Translations under genes and position numbers: made by a program
NCBI GenBank assembly: GCA_013265495.1
Contig: MU058065.1
Location: 5,826,302 to 5,890,301, forward strand
From: Vicugna vicugna
Taxonomy: Eukaryota
DNA length: 64,000 nucleotides
Reading direction: 5' to 3'
The notes under the pieces: model-generated
What the model was told of the DNA's origin: nothing
Seen by the model: the letters and a program-made list of their open reading frames with translations, nothing else
Database searches by the model: none
Shown: one piece after another, positions 23,252-37,263 of the stretch
Position numbering within the stretch: position 1 is the first letter of the stretch
Layout: each line of letters begins with the position of its first letter

Positions 23252-24476
23252 GACCTGGCTAGGGCCCCTCTAAAATGGCCAGGGCGGCACTGCCACTTTC
23301 AGCTCCCCTGAGGTCAGCCCTGGGGTGGATGGGGAGGGACTGCAGCCAGCCAGAGACTAGGTCTCCAGGGTTCCTGGGCAGCTAGAGGCCCTGGATAACC
23401 AAGCGAGAGGCATTCCCAGGAGTCAGGAGCACCCCAAAGCCTGGGGGATGTTGGGAGAAATCCCAAAAAGAGAGAAGCACTGAGACGTGGGTTAATACAG
23501 AGAAGCAAGGCAGAGCCAGACCCTGAGGGGAAGGAGCAGGCCAGGGAATGGGGCTGCGTTGGGGGGCTGAGAGCTGAAGAATTCAGAGACGGAGGAAGTA
23601 GCAACCCCAGGAACTGGAGGCACAGGACAGGGGAACTGAGGCAGGTGGGGCCCTGGTAGGTGACCATGACTCTCAGGGTCTGGGCTCCAACAGGGGGCTG
23701 AGAGTATCCTCATAGCTGGCCTCTTCCAGGAAGGAAGGGGTGGTGGCTGAGTGCAGAGCTGAGGAGGGGTTCCTGACTCTGACCTGCCCATGAGAAGAGT
23801 GAGTGGAAGGTCAGGCAAATGGCCTGCCCTCAAGAGGAAAATCACTAGCCCCTGGGGACAGCCTGGCTAGGGCCTGTCATCCCCGCTGCCTGGAAGGTTG
23901 CCCCGACTCTGAGGGCCCGGCCCTCTCCACACTTCCCAGCTCTGTTTACCCTGGCACCCCTGGGGTCCCTGCGATGCTCCATGCTCAAGTCACTCCAAGG
24001 GCCCCTCCGGACGGGTCCAGCTATCAGACTCTCCCCACTGCCACCCCCAACCATAATACCTTCTGCACAGCAATGGGATGGGTAGAGGAGACAAGAGAAG
24101 AGCGGAAGTGGGTGTAAGTAAGGGTCCTGTCAAGGACAAGGTGACAAAAGCTCAGAAGAGTGTGGGGAGAGGACGGCCGGCGACGGGAAGCAGGGTCTCT
24201 GGCTGGCACTGAGGCAGGTGTGACTCAGCATAGGGAAAGCAGTACCAAATAGCAAGCCGAGCACTGAACAATATGCTGTGTGGCCTTGGGCAAATCACCT
24301 CCCCTCTCTGGGCCTTAGTTTATTCAACTACAGCGTAAGCAGCTAAACCTGGGGACCTCAAAGGTCCCTTTGGTTCTGGCATCCTAGAACTAAGGTTGTG
24401 TGAAAGTTGGCAAGTGGGCAGGGATGAGGTCGGGGCCAGGATGCGGGGGAGTTCGTGGAGAGTGTGAGGTGCTCAC

Positions 24477-24652
24477 CTCTGACCTCCAGGCGCGCCTCGC
24501 ACTGCCGAGCGCCATACTCGTTAACTGCTTTGCAAGTGTAGAAGCCAGCGTCGCCCCGCTCAGCAGCCAGAATCCGAAGCCGGCACAGCCCACCCTCTGC
24601 CTCCTCGGCGAAGCGCCGCTGGTCTGGGCGCACGGGCTGACGGTTTCTCAGC
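24477..24652 (-). CDS. SPEG: SPEG exon 9 (Ig3 with RGD)
   Basis: [58 protein letters not shown]; 176 nt. Confidence 0.97.
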
Positions 24653-25557
24653 CTGTCAGAGAAGCAAGAACTCAGTCCCAGGCCCAGGGGCCTGACCTGC
24701 ATGCACTGGGGAGTGGGGCTGCAGCGCCAATCAGGCCTTCCCTCTCCCCACATCATCTGTCCACTTTCCAGATCTGTCCCGCTGACCCTGGGCACCTGGG
24801 TTAGGGCTAAGTTTTCCCCCTGACTCTGTCATATCATCCCCTCCAGGAACTTCCAGACTACCTCTGCCCACCTGGGTCTCTCCTTTCTTGGAATTTAACC
24901 ACACTTAGAGTAGCACCAAGCTATTCAGCTCTTACTAATTTTTAGATTCTGTGTCATGTTATTTATTTTAATGGACAGATAGCTCTCCCACTTCCCGAAA
25001 GAAATATGAAATAATTTACAATATCAAAAAGAATCAGTTAAAAGTGAAAAATAGAACCCAAACCAATAGAAAGCTAAGCAAACTGAATAATCGAAGTTCA
25101 GGCATTTGGAATGAAACACTACAGCTGAGGCCTGAGTTTAACTCTGGGCTCTGGCAGCTCAGAAACAAATTATGTGTGGGCCTAGCACAGGGCTGGGCAA
25201 AGAGCAGGCCTCAAAAATCACCCTATTGTCAACTGATGGTGGTGGGGACAAGGGGTAGGGGGCCAGGCTTCTCCAGGAGTAAGATGACTCCTAGCCATTC
25301 ATCCCAAGTGGACAGGCAGGAAACCATTAGTTCCCCAAACCCCTCCCTAGAGGGGAAGCCCTGAAACAGCCTGGACCTCAGGCAAGGGGCGGGGCATGTT
25401 GGGGGAAGCAGCACCACCATACCTAGGATGAGGCCCCCCGGGCAGATCACGGGTTGGTCCGCAAAGGGTCCACTGCCCTCCACCCAAAGCCAGGCTTCGC
25501 AAGGTGCAGCCTGGAGTGAGTGACACTGGCAGATGGTGGTCAGTGGCTGCTACTCAC

Positions 25558-25646
25558 CAGGAGACCACCGGCTTGGGCTCGCCCTGCACACGGATGCTCA
25601 TGGTGACATCTTGGCCTTCTCTTACTGACTGGTCCATAAGTGATAC
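25558..25646 (-). CDS. SPEG: SPEG exon 8
   Basis: [30 protein letters not shown]; 89 nt. Confidence 0.96.
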
Positions 25647-25832
25647 CTGAAGGGGGACCCCAAAGTGTCAGGGGAGACAGGGCCTAGCTTTGGCTCCTGT
25701 GGGCAGGGGGTTCTGGGAGAGGGGCCACTTCCACACCAGTCTGACTGAGACCCGGGATGGCCCCAAGAACAAGAGGCCACACAAAAGAATAGGGGCACCC
25801 AAGAGGCTAGGGGCTGGCCTCAGGGATCTGAC

Positions 25833-26008
25833 CTTGAAGGTTGGGGGTGCCTTGGAGCCAGTGTCAGAGGAACGGCGGTTCTGGCCGGGACTGAGCTTCA
25901 TGGTGGGGGCTCGGGGCCAGGTCTCCCCGGGCTCCGGGAACTCCTCTGGGGGGCTCAGGTACTCCTCATCAGAGGTGATGGGGCTGCTGAAAGGGGATGT
26001 GGATCCAC
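25833..26008 (-). CDS. SPEG: SPEG exon 7 (contains APEG-1 start ATG at 25901)
   Basis: [58 protein letters not shown]; Kozak cccaccATG; 176 nt. Confidence 0.96.
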
Positions 26009-27090
26009 CTGGAGGAGAAACAGAGGAGAGGCAGTGGCATAGAGAGAGATGCCAGGGGCAGAAGGGGGCAGAGAGACTGAGAGAGCTTGATCGATCAGCC
26101 CAGGATCAAGGTCCTGATAAGGTCTGAAATGTCACAGAGCCCACGAGCTGAGGCAGCCCCCCTCACCAGCCCTGCTCTGACTTCACTTCCTGCTTGCTGT
26201 GTGACGTTCCCCAGGTGTTTCTTGTCCCTCAGCCCCTGAGTTCTGCTCTGCCAGACTCTCCCAACCCTGACTCTGCTGGTCCTCCTGAGTGGGGGAACTA
26301 CAGGGAATGGCCCGGGGCAAAGGATTCAGGAAGCAGGGGAGCGGATCTGGGCCTTATAGGAGTGTTGGAATTCCACTGGAGCAGGGCACCCACATTCCTG
26401 GCATGGAAGTGTAGGCTCCTAATGCAGGTGGTTCATGTCTCTGGACCCCAGAGTGACACAACCAGGACACCCGTTTCTTGGGTGAGCCGGGCCTGGTGCA
26501 GAGGAACACACACACCTCAGACAAGCCCCATCCTGATCTCAGTGCCAGGGCCAGTGAGACGGCACTGTCCAACCAGCCCTTCCCCCACTCCCTTCTCAGC
26601 TTCCTGCGTCAGATACCCCAGGGGCACCTGTTGGCCTCAACCCTAGAGCATGGACCCCAAAACTCTCAGGGGCTGGGAAAGCAGAGTTACAGTCATCCAC
26701 AGAGAAGGCGGCTCAGCCTGGGAACGGGAGGGGGCACCAGTCTTGCTTTGGGGGAGAGGTGTCCCCAGGGCCCTGATGCCCTCCCCTGCAACTGGCCAGG
26801 GGCCCAGCCTCACTGAGCTGGCTCCCATCCGACTGCCAAATACAGACATGAATCTGCCACAGCCCCCTGGCCCCTCCTCCTGGTCCCCCACCTCAAGCCC
26901 CTTTGGCCCTGCCTCCCCCATGGGGCTGCACCCCAACTCACCCCAAGACTCTGACCACGGACCCCAGGCTGCGCTTGTCGCGAAGTCTCTGTCCTGGCAC
27001 CAGGCCCTCCTGCTGCCTGCCCACTGCCCACCCCCCACCCCTGCCCAGCTCCCCAGGGAGCAGGAGCCCAGCCTGCCCAGCCCCACTCAC

Positions 27091-27306
27091 TCTGCTGACC
27101 CTGCCCAGGCTCTGCACGCGGTCCTGGGGGAGGGGAAGGAGCCTGAGGAGGGGGAAGGAGGAGGTGGGGACTGGCCCGACCGGGACAGGCTGGGTGGCAG
27201 GCAGGCAGCTGGCTGGGAAGGTGGTGCCTGCTGAGACCACAAGCAGCCCAGGCCCTGGAGTGGAGGGGGAGGAGCAGGGAGGGGCCGAGCGCAGCGGCTG
27301 TATTTA
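27091..27306 (-). promoter_or_regulatory. Internal APEG-1/SPEG-alpha promoter and non-coding first exon
   Basis: TAAATA at 27301-27306, E-box CAGCTG at 27206-27211 inside the presumed UTR exon, donor CAGA|gtgagt at 27091/27090, ~1.1 kb upstream of exon 7. Confidence 0.7.
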
Positions 27307-28965
27307 GCCACCCTGCTCATTCCCAAGCAGCGGGATCTGCCTTTTCTCTCCTTACAACTTCTGGACCCTGACAAATGCAAAGCCCCCTCAGCGGCGCCTC
27401 GACTCAAAGGGTGGGGGCCTCAGTCTCCAGAGGAAGATGGAGGGCGCAGTGCCCTGCAGCAGCCAAGACGCTTGCACTGACCCATTTGTTTTGACGTGTC
27501 CACCAGAGGAAGTACTGATGGCAAATGGCCCCTAGGATGCCCCTTTTCCTGACCAAACTGCCAAGATTCCTGACACTGGAATCCACCAACAAGCCTCAAA
27601 CACTACAGAGCCAGGGCATACCCAGTCTTCCTTGGTGCTGAGAATCAGAGAGCTATCAGGATCTTCAGTCTTCTTCCCAGAGGTGCCCCTCTAAACTTCA
27701 GGGGCCCAGAATCCCACCTCTGCCTCCCCAAACCTGCCATGGTAGGTTTGCCCCAAGTCACCCTGGGGTACTGGGCCTGCACCCAACCCTCCTCCTACAG
27801 GCTCTCCCAGGGCACCTGTTGGCAACGATCCCTCAGCCTGTCAGCCCCACCAGGGCCAATGGTCAGGAAGACGGAGGCTGCTTCCCGCAGTGATCCCTCA
27901 CAACTAGCACCCATCTGGACTAGTGTGGGGAAGGGGCTTGGAGACAGAGCAGCAGAGTAGGGGAGCCACTGAGGAGAGGTCACATGGCTTCCTCCCGCCT
28001 CCCATCACCCCTGCTCAGGGCCACATTCCCAAGCTATGACCTGTGTTTCCCAGCATTGCCAGTGAAGAAGGAGGGGGGCCCACCATTCAGGTTGGCTGTC
28101 CTGAGGTGGGGGTGGAGAGAAAAGTCAGGACGGTACCTGGCGAGAAACTGCTCGGGGTTCAGTCACTAGCTAATGCTGAGATCACAAGCATGGCCCCTGG
28201 AGGCAGGCGCCCCCTTCCCTCCATGGAGTCTAGTGACCCTCTGGGGTCACCTCCAGGTTGGACAGCACTGAGGCAGCTCAAGGGCCCAGGCAGGGACTGC
28301 AGAGATTTAATGGGCTGGGTTTGCAGGGAGCCTGAGACCCCTGGTGGTGGCTAGGGAAATAGCATGCTGGGGGCACGCAGTGACCAAGTGATTCTGAGGG
28401 CCCTCAAGTCCCTTAGAAAGGGGGGATGTTGGAGCAACCTAGGCAGGACACTTAGGCTCCAGAGGGGACAGAACGAGGCCTCTTCAAGACAATGCAGTGG
28501 CCCCCCACCCCTCTGTACCTCCAGAATGCATGGCCAAGGAGGGTACTCTAGGATCTCTGTTATCAGCTCCCAGAGCCTCTGGGGCTCCACACCAGGCTCG
28601 AGTGACACCTAACTTTTCACTGGCCCCACTGCCAAAACCATCTTTGTAGTCAGTCCCTATACCCCAGCCCTGCTCTACCCACACACCTGGCTCTCACTGT
28701 AAGAAACACAGTTACACCAGGCAGGGAGAGGGCAGCCAAATCTAGGATGCACATATGGAAGTATTGCCCCTACACTCTGTGCCTTTGTCTGGCCTTTCAA
28801 CACTGCTTCTAGGTCAGACTCATTCAATGAAAAGAATGGCATGGGGGAGCTCATAAGTCAGGAAGCCCTCACCCTTCAGACCAGTGTGTTCCCCTGAGCT
28901 GTTTCCAGGATAGATACAGTCACAGCCACCTACATGAAAGGCGTCACACAGGGCCCTCTATATCA

Positions 28966-29140
28966 GGGCTTCTCAGAGTGATCCTTGAACCACTCACATC
29001 AGGGAACTATTTAAACTATAAATTCCTGGGCCTTACTCTGACCTGAAAAATTAGATTTCCTGAAACAGGGGTTGGGAAACTGCATTAAAAAAAAAAAAAG
29101 CCCCTCAGGTAATTCTTATGTACACGAAAGTCTACAGACC
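28966..29140. mobile_element. MER5-family MITE fragment
   Basis: cagggcttctcagagtg...attcctgggcc...ggaaactgcatt...caggtaattcttatgtacac pattern. Confidence 0.55.
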
Positions 29141-29308
29141 GCCATGACCCTCGCGGGAGAAGGACAACCCAAAGAGGTGGTATCACTAAGTCCCATCTCA
29201 CTCAGCCACTAAATCTCAAGGCCAGGCTCTGAGCCTTGGAGGTCTGGCCCACGTGCTTCCCACTGCACCACCTGGCCTTCCACCAGGTGCAAGGTCCCTG
29301 ACTCAAGG

Positions 29309-29494
29309 CAGTGGTGCTCAGAGTCCACCTTGCATGAGAATCACATGAAGGGCTCCTTAAACCACAGCTTACTGGGCCCCACCCACAGTTTCTGATCCAG
29401 TAGGTCTGGCTGGGGTCAATAATACACATCTTTAACACATTTCTAAGGTGACGCTGGCACTCCTGGTCTGGAGAACACACTTGGAGGACCACTA
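29309..29494. mobile_element. MER5A-like hAT-Charlie MITE
   Basis: Termini cagtggtgctc...ggaggaccact, ~185 bp, internal gaatcac/ccagtaggtctg motifs recalled from MER5A. Confidence 0.7.
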
Positions 29495-31505
29495 CTCTGT
29501 AGCCTCCTCTGCCACCCCAACCTCCACTCTCAGGCAAATCCTCATCACCTTTTGCAGATGCAGGTACCACCCAGCCTCTGCAAGTGCCTCAGGTTGTTTC
29601 AGGGGCTTGGAAATTCACAGGAATCTCTACCCACAACTGCCACCTTGCACATAGCCCCTGTGGTCCACACAGCCCCTGACTGTCCAGGAGGGCCTCCAGG
29701 TATGGCTGGGAGGGCTGAGAGTAGTGAAGGCATGGTGCTGTCCTCAGGAACCTTCTGGCTGGTTGGAGCATCAAGCCAGATACACGATTATAACAGCAAG
29801 CAGGAATAAGGTGGCAAGGGAGGGGCAGATAAAAGTCACCGGAGCAGAGAGAGCAGGATGTTGCTTTTGGCTCAGGGAAGAAGGGAGAACTGAGGGCAGG
29901 GATATTAGAATTAAGAGTTTGGTTTAAGCAGGAAAAAGCATTCCTGGCAGAGGAAACCGCTTGAGCAAATGCTCTAAGGCAGAAAGCGTGTGCAGAGAAC
30001 TGCAGCTTAACCGTCTGTCTGGGTAGGACTGGGTAAAGAAGGATTAGAACAGGTCAACCCTTGGGTCATCTGCAGGTCCAGATGGTGGAGACCAGCTTCA
30101 GGAGCGCGGCCTTCACTCCAAAGGCAAAGCGGCGCTCCTGGAGGTTTCTGAGGAAGGAGGAACGTGCTGGAGGTTAACAGCACAGCTACACGGCTGGGCC
30201 AGTCACAGCCCTCTTCCCACATGCACTGTCTCAGAAGGTCCTCTAAAGAGATTTCTTTACTCATTTGCTGTGTAGTCCCGCCACAGAAGTAAGGGAAAAG
30301 AGGGCATAGGCTGGCCTGTAGCTGGGAATTTCCGCAGGTGCAGTTATGAGTATCTCCCTTTGGAAACGGAGCAGGATTGTGTTGAGAAAGTTTCCGTCTT
30401 GGTTTAAAATGGACATAGAAGCAGAAGGACTTTCACACAGTCGGCCTGGCCTAGCCATGGAAGTGTTATTTGGGGTTGCTCCATGTTTAGGTAAATTGGG
30501 ACCTACAGTAGATTAGGTCCCCATTCTTCTGACAGCTGTGCATGACGACCCCCATTCTGAGGTAGCAGCCTGGGGAGGGCACCCATCGGGGCTGACCTGC
30601 TTCTGGTAGACAGGAAGGGGGAGGGAGGGCTGAGTTACCTCAAGGGACCGTGCTGCTTTCTTAGATGCTGTCCAAACCCCAATCAAAGATGGACAACAGG
30701 GACGTGTGGCATTCTGAGATCCTTTCCATGGGCAGTCACTGCCTTCCCAAGGGAAAACCTGTAATTCTGCGGCAGTCAGCCAAGACCAGGGCGAGGAGAA
30801 GTGGGGGATGCTGATGCTGTAATTTTTTTCCCTCCATTCCTTTTATATTCATGACCTTCAATAAACCACCTCTCTTCTGTTATGATGGTGTTGGTCCTAT
30901 GGGTGGGCTTTGATAAGCTATATCCTCCGGCCCAAATGTCCTTAGCTAAATCACCAGCCGCATAGAGCCTCACAAATCTTACTAAGGAAGTAGCCTAGGA
31001 GTTACAACAATCCTTGCTTTGTAGATGAGGATGCAGCAGCCAGCTAAGGGGAAGTACAAAGGCCAAGGTCTTGGCTGGAAAATGCTAGAACCCTGGGCTC
31101 AAATATATGAGACCTGTGCTTGAGGGGAGGACTGAAGGCAGCAGGATGGAGGCCCGGGTACGTGAAGCCCCCATCCCCCTTCCTCCTGACCAGAGCCTGT
31201 GGGGGTGAGCTGAGTGTGCACGCACCAGGCACGCAGGGAAACAAAGCAGGACCACAGCCATGGTGGGGGTGGGGTGTCAAGAGAGGAAGGAGAGAAAATG
31301 CCCAGACTGACCTACCCACAGAGGGCATCGCCAGTCTGCCCCCACCTCCCCACGCTGGGAGTTCATGAGCACAATTCCACCCTAACCCTGATCCTCTTCA
31401 GAGCAGAAGGAAAGGGGTCAGGACAGTGCAGTGGTTAGAACTATAGGCTTGGGAGACCCAGGGACAGGGCTTCAAATCATGAAGTCTCCCAGTGGCCTCT
31501 GCTCC

Positions 31506-31707
31506 TAGAGCTGAGCACCCAACAGGGTAGCCACTAGCTGCCTGAGACTATTTCAATGCACGTTAACTAAAATGAAATAAAATGAAAAATTCAGCCACTC
31601 AGTCATACTAGCTGCATTTCACATGCATCTGTAGCCAGTGGTTACCCTGTTAGACAGTGTATAAGAATTCTATCATCACAGAACGTTCTACTGATCAGTG
31701 ATGCTCT
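31506..31707. mobile_element. MER3-like hAT-Charlie MITE
   Basis: ggtagccactagc...aaaatgaaataaaatgaaaaattcag...tagccagtggttacc...atcatcacagaacgttcta; ctag flanks. Confidence 0.7.
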
Positions 31708-34700
31708 AGAGCAATTTGCCAAAGCTTTCCAAGTCTCGGTTTCCTCATCTGTAACGTGGGCATGATAATAGAAGCTACCTCCCTGGGGGCGGGGGTTCAA
31801 TGTGATAACACAAACAATACAGGGCCTGGTACACACAAAGCCTGCAGTAAATGCTAACTAGTCATGTTATTTTTACCTGCCATCAGAACTAAGTTTATTT
31901 GCTTCATGGGTGAGTATTTCCATCATCTGAAATCACCTGTTGCTTCTAACATTCTTAGGTAGATTATGGATGCTCACTAAAGGCTGCTGGCCTTGTGTGA
32001 GCTCTGTCACTCTACTTGCTGCATATTCATCTTTCCATCTGTAAAATGGAAATACTACTACCTGAGATGTTCCTCTGCAAGGAGTGTATATGGTGCGATG
32101 TAGCTCAAGTAAGGGAAGAGATGTGAAAGGGTTTGGGAAAAAAAGTTATCTGGCACTCTCCAAACACAAGAAACTGTTTAGAGAGATGTAGCACTTGGCA
32201 ACCAGGTGCTACTCAAATGCTTGTGTGATGGATGTGGGCAGCATCAAGAATGCTTAACTTCGGTTAAGCACACTTCTTACACTCCCCAGCCACCTGCCCC
32301 AAAACATACACACCTTCCGGGAGTGTAACTGTGGTCTCTGGAGTCATTCAGTGGAGTAGGGTGGAATGGGAGGGACCCAGAGCTGGGGTGGGGCTGCCAG
32401 GGGGAGTGAGGACAGACCCTGCTCTGCCAAACCTGGGAAACTACATCCCTAGTTGCCCCAGGGTTCCCAACCAGAAATTGAGATCTGTGGGCTCTCAAAA
32501 GCATGCTCTGTTGGCAGGGCATCCCAAAAGGGCATGGGGCAGCCAGCCCTGGTTACCAAGGGGGTCATGAGGAGCGAAAAAGGCGGGTGGTTCCACGAGG
32601 CCTCTTCCCACAAGACGCTACACACTCCCTCCCTCAACCCGCTCCCCCTCTACTCACACCACACTGCCAGACACCCTTCTGTTGCCCCACCCACTCACTC
32701 CCTACAGACTCCAGCCCTGGGACCCCTCCCTTGCCAAATGTCTGTACCACCCACTGGTTCTGTCCACTCCTACTGCTCTCTGGGTCCATTGGCCCCTGTC
32801 CAGCTGCTCTGGACCAAACAGTGCCTTCTAGGGTAAGAAAATCTGCTTCCTCCATGCCGGCTGAGTCTAGACTCACGTGCCTGCCCCTCAAGCCCTGGGG
32901 CCCTCCAGCCAGCTTGACTTACAGGAGCTGTCCTCTGGCTGCAATGCCTGCTGAAACTGACTCATGGGATGAAGCTTTCTGGCTCCCCAGGGTGGAGGAG
33001 GCACAGAGATGATGTGATGGGCTGAGGACCCAGGGGCTGGGAAATATGGAGGGGCTGAGGGCCTGGCAAGGGCAGGGGAGGAGTTCCCAAGGCACAGACA
33101 GTCTGAAGAAAGGGTAGAAAAGGAAAAGGCAGCTTCCCTGGAGCCCCGTGGAAGCCTACACTCCTGTGCACAACATCACCCCTTAATAACGCTAACAACT
33201 AACATTTGTCTACAGCTTTACAGTTCATAAAGCTCGTTCACACATTTGCTTTCATCGTGAGGATGGTATAATTATCTCTGGTTTACAAATGAGGAAACTG
33301 AAGTGCAGGGAGGTTCAGCATGGTGAACATAGAACTCCCAGTCAAATGCTGACAACTGCCTTGCCCCAAGCCTCCTTCCCAACCTTAAAAGGCTCCTAAA
33401 TGGCCCTGAGCCAGTACTGGGGCAATCCCCTCCCCGGCAACTCCCCTGCGAAATCTTAGACCAAGCCAGGTATTGACTCAAGTCCTGGGGTCAGATCTGG
33501 GCCCCCTAAGGGGAGCTGGGAGCTGAGTCAGAAGCCAGATCCCAGAGGTGATGGAAGGACGGAAGCATGCAGTGGAGGGACGGGTATGATTCAGTATGGC
33601 GGGAGGGGCAAAGAGAAGGAGAAACCCTAATACCCGGGCTCCTGGGAGGGATACGTAAGCTAAAGAAGATGACGACTTGTAGGTCTGCAAAGTCAGACAA
33701 GTGCAACTGAAAGGATCTAATGCAGGATGGGAACTCAGGTCAGATACCACCAAGAACTCCCTAATCATGAAGGTACCAAGGCCCCAGGACCACAGCAAAA
33801 AGAGCTCTGTTATCTTGTCTCCTGCAGCACTGAGTGAAAGAAAGGGACAGAACACTGTGTGCTGTTCCCCTCCAGGCATGCCCAGCCCCTCCCTCTGCCG
33901 GTCTAATTCCCAGGCTCCTTTGGGGCTCTGAGGGCTCTCAGTCCAGCATCCCACAACACTGGCTGATCACTTGGCTGTTCTAGGCACCAGGTTCATCTGC
34001 CTTGCATCCAACCCAGGTCGTTTGATCTAGGCTGCTTACCCAATGGTGATATCCTTGAGGTTTGAGTCTGCGACTTTGCCTTCTGTTAACACCCCCTTAC
34101 CCAGCCTCACCTCCCCATACCACCATTGGCTCAGCATCTGTACTTTGTCCAGCCCAGCAACCTGAATGACTTAAACTGGCCATGGACACTGACACCAGCC
34201 CAGTCCAGCCCTGAATCAGAAAGAAACTGGGCTTAAACCCAAAGAGAGTAGTATGACACCAAGAGAGGATTTTCATAAAAATAGAAAACAAGGCAGCCTT
34301 GGCCACTGCCATCTCCTGAGAGGTGCTCTCAGCTGCACCTTCTTTAGGGCTCTGGGTACAGCAGAAGGAGCAAGGAAGCAGAGGAGAGTTGTGGCCCTTT
34401 AAATCATCTTTTTACTGGGTTTAAGAGGGTGCTGTTCTAGAGAAGAAATGACCTCAGAAGACTCCTAAAGGCTTTTAAGCCCTTTGAGCTGGGAGATTCT
34501 TCTTCTCTAAGACTGCAGGATAATTTGTTTTCCCCACAGGATCCTGTTGAGGGAAATGCCACAGAAGGATGGATATCTAAAGAGAAATTTCAATGACTTC
34601 ATGAGTTGGCCAGCCTCATGTGTCCCTTGGGAATTTGGCCCCTGCCCTGAGGCCAGGGACATTTAAAATGCTTCGCCCAGAGCAGCCAACACACCAGAAC

Positions 34701-34796
34701 ACACTGTGCACACTGGTTGAGAGCCCAAGCTCCAGGCTGGGAGCGGGAAGGGTCGCTGCTCACCTCACCCAGCCCTGGGGCCCACGGGGTCCCTAC

Positions 34797-34979
34797 CGGG
34801 TTTCACAGCCAGCGTGGCAGCACAGCTGGCCTGGCCCAGCTCGTTGGTGGCAGTAGCTGTATAGCTCCCGGCGTCAGCCGCCCGGGCCTCCCGGAGCAGC
34901 AGGGTGTGACGCTCGCCTTCAGCCCGGATAAGAAGGCGGCCATCACTGCGCAACGAGGACCCATCCTTCTGCCAGGACA
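34797..34979 (-). CDS. SPEG: SPEG exon 6 (Ig2 end)
   Basis: [60 protein letters not shown]; 183 nt. Confidence 0.96.
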
Positions 34980-35310
34980 CTGTGGGGAAGCAGCGGGGTG
35001 ACCAGGTTGCCATGGCCCACAGGGCTCACTGGGGCAAATCTCCCCCTACCTGGCACAGAGCTTGTAGCACTCCTCTCCCCACCCTAGGGAATCCCGAGGA
35101 CTCCCCCTCAATCACAAAAGCCCAGTCTGCCCTCTCCTCTCGCAAGGAATTCTGGGAAAGCTCCCTAACACACACAAAGGAGTCCAGACAGCCTCTGGAA
35201 GCAAATGATCTCCCTTCTTTCCCTACCCTCTCCTCCAAGGACTGGGGTGGGGGCAGGGAGGGAGGAACCTCCCCCTCTCTGTCTCAATCTTCTCCAGGCC
35301 TGGAGCTTAC

Positions 35311-35454
35311 CTTGGGGTGGGGGGTTGGCAGTGATGATACACTTGAGCAGCACGTCCACCCCTGGGGCCACCACCGCATTCTGCAGGGGGATCTCAAACA
35401 CGGGGGCCTCTAGGGGCTCTTCTCCAGCAGACACATAGGAGTCATCCGAAGACT
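35311..35454 (-). CDS. SPEG: SPEG exon 5 (Ig2 start)
   Basis: [47 protein letters not shown]; 144 nt. Confidence 0.96.
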
Positions 35455-37263
35455 CTGTTGGAGACACAGGTGACAGGGTAAGGGAAATGGTCCCTGTGGG
35501 CATGAAGCACGGGGAGAGGGGGCAAACCCAAGAGAGGGGCTTCTAAAAGGCAAGGCTTGGGGAGTGAAGGGTGTCTCCCCTGAATATCCTGAGACAGGGA
35601 AAAAAGGAAGACAGAAGAGTGTTCTTAGGCAGGACAGAGTGGCTGGGAATCTATGATAGTTTGGCTGCTCCTCAGTTTCAGCCACAGTTAGAGTGTTGGT
35701 TTCTGGAGGAAGACAGGGACTGTGCTGTGTATGTCTCTACACAGTGGTCATGAGGGGTGGTAGATCACGCCCCATGCAAGGTGCTTTCAGGGGGCACGTT
35801 ACAAGCTTCCAAACAGAGGACAAGCCAATGGTATGCAAGCTTTAAACAATAATAGTGTCAAAGGGCAATACATGATGCACTGTCAAATTAGTGATGCCAC
35901 TGGATTCAAAAGAGGGAGCGGCAGGTGCTTCTGGCAGCCATCTGAGAGGCCTCATGAAGATCAGCTTTGACTGTGTCCATTCACCAAGCAGTAATACTGC
36001 ACTTACTGCTTACTCTGTACGGATACCAGGCATACAACAGGAAAAAGATACAGTCTCTGCTTACAGGAAGCTTGTACACACAAGGAGATCAGAAAACTCC
36101 ACTGTCATGGCTCTCTCTGGGTATTTCCTAAGTCTGACATTTTATAAGCTAGATAAAGCACAGTCTGGAAGCCAAAAGAGCAGTGAGGATCTCAATTATG
36201 CTATTTTCTAGCTACAGAACCTTGGGCAAATTGGATAATCTCTCTGCGCCCCAGTTTTATCTGTTAGATGGAGCTGATAAATAACACCCAATGTCTTGCA
36301 GAGCTGGCATACAGATTAAAATAAAGTAACATCTCTAAATGCCTAGTTAATGCAATGCCTGAGACATGGCTGTGGGTATGCAAAAAATGTGACTAGCAGG
36401 ATGATGAACAGGTGCTCAATCATCTCTAAAGATTTTGAGGCAGTAATACTAAAATGAAAAATAATGTGATGAAAATAAAAATACTGGGTGGTAAGTGCAA
36501 TAAATGGGACACTGACAGGGCGTCCTGGGAGCAGTGGGTAGAGGTATTTGGCCTGGGGGAGCCAGCAGGGGTGGGAGTGAGTCAAAAATGGCTTCCTCTG
36601 TCTTACTCCAGGAGTGGCCCCAAGTTGATGTTCAGGATAAGAAGAGTTAGGGGCAGGGGCATTCGGCCTATCGGTCACCACCCACAGGAAGACTGAGAGA
36701 CACAGGCTAGCATGTGACCAGTCAGCTCAGCCATGCAGGGACTCAAGGATGGGAGAGGGGAGGCTAGAAGGGAGGCTGGGTCAGCTCTTAGTAGCCATAA
36801 GGGGTCACAGGATGGTGCCGGGATGGGAAGGTCAGTGTTGAGAGTTGGCTGGCCCAAAGCTTGCCTGTAACAGGTACCTGACCAATTATTTATTGAGATG
36901 GACTTTGGTCTCTTCCCCCACAGATGGGTGGGGTGTAGAGGGGCTCCTTAGGTTTCCATCAGTACCTCTCCCCAGCGTCAGGTCATAGACCCAACAGCCC
37001 AGTAGGCCACTAGACCCAGGGGGCTTATGGTAGGCACTGGGCACTGGGTCTCTGCTCACACCTCTGCTCCATCCAGCCTCCATCAAAGCACACTCACACT
37101 GTGCCTTACTAGCAGGCAGGTTCTAGAACAAGGGACCTTCACAATCCTTCACTCAAATTCAACCTGCTTCCACACCTCCCCGGGGGAAGCCACACCCTCA
37201 CTACTGCCTAGCCTCTTCCCAGACCAGGTCTCAGCACCTTCTCTACTCTTCCCGAGGCCTTAC

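Noticed and set aside
24358-24476. Read-through of exon 9 into the intron giving RGE-HLTL...
   Set aside because: The true APEG-1 ending G-E-stop is supplied by the separate exon at 23142, which gives exactly 113 aa.
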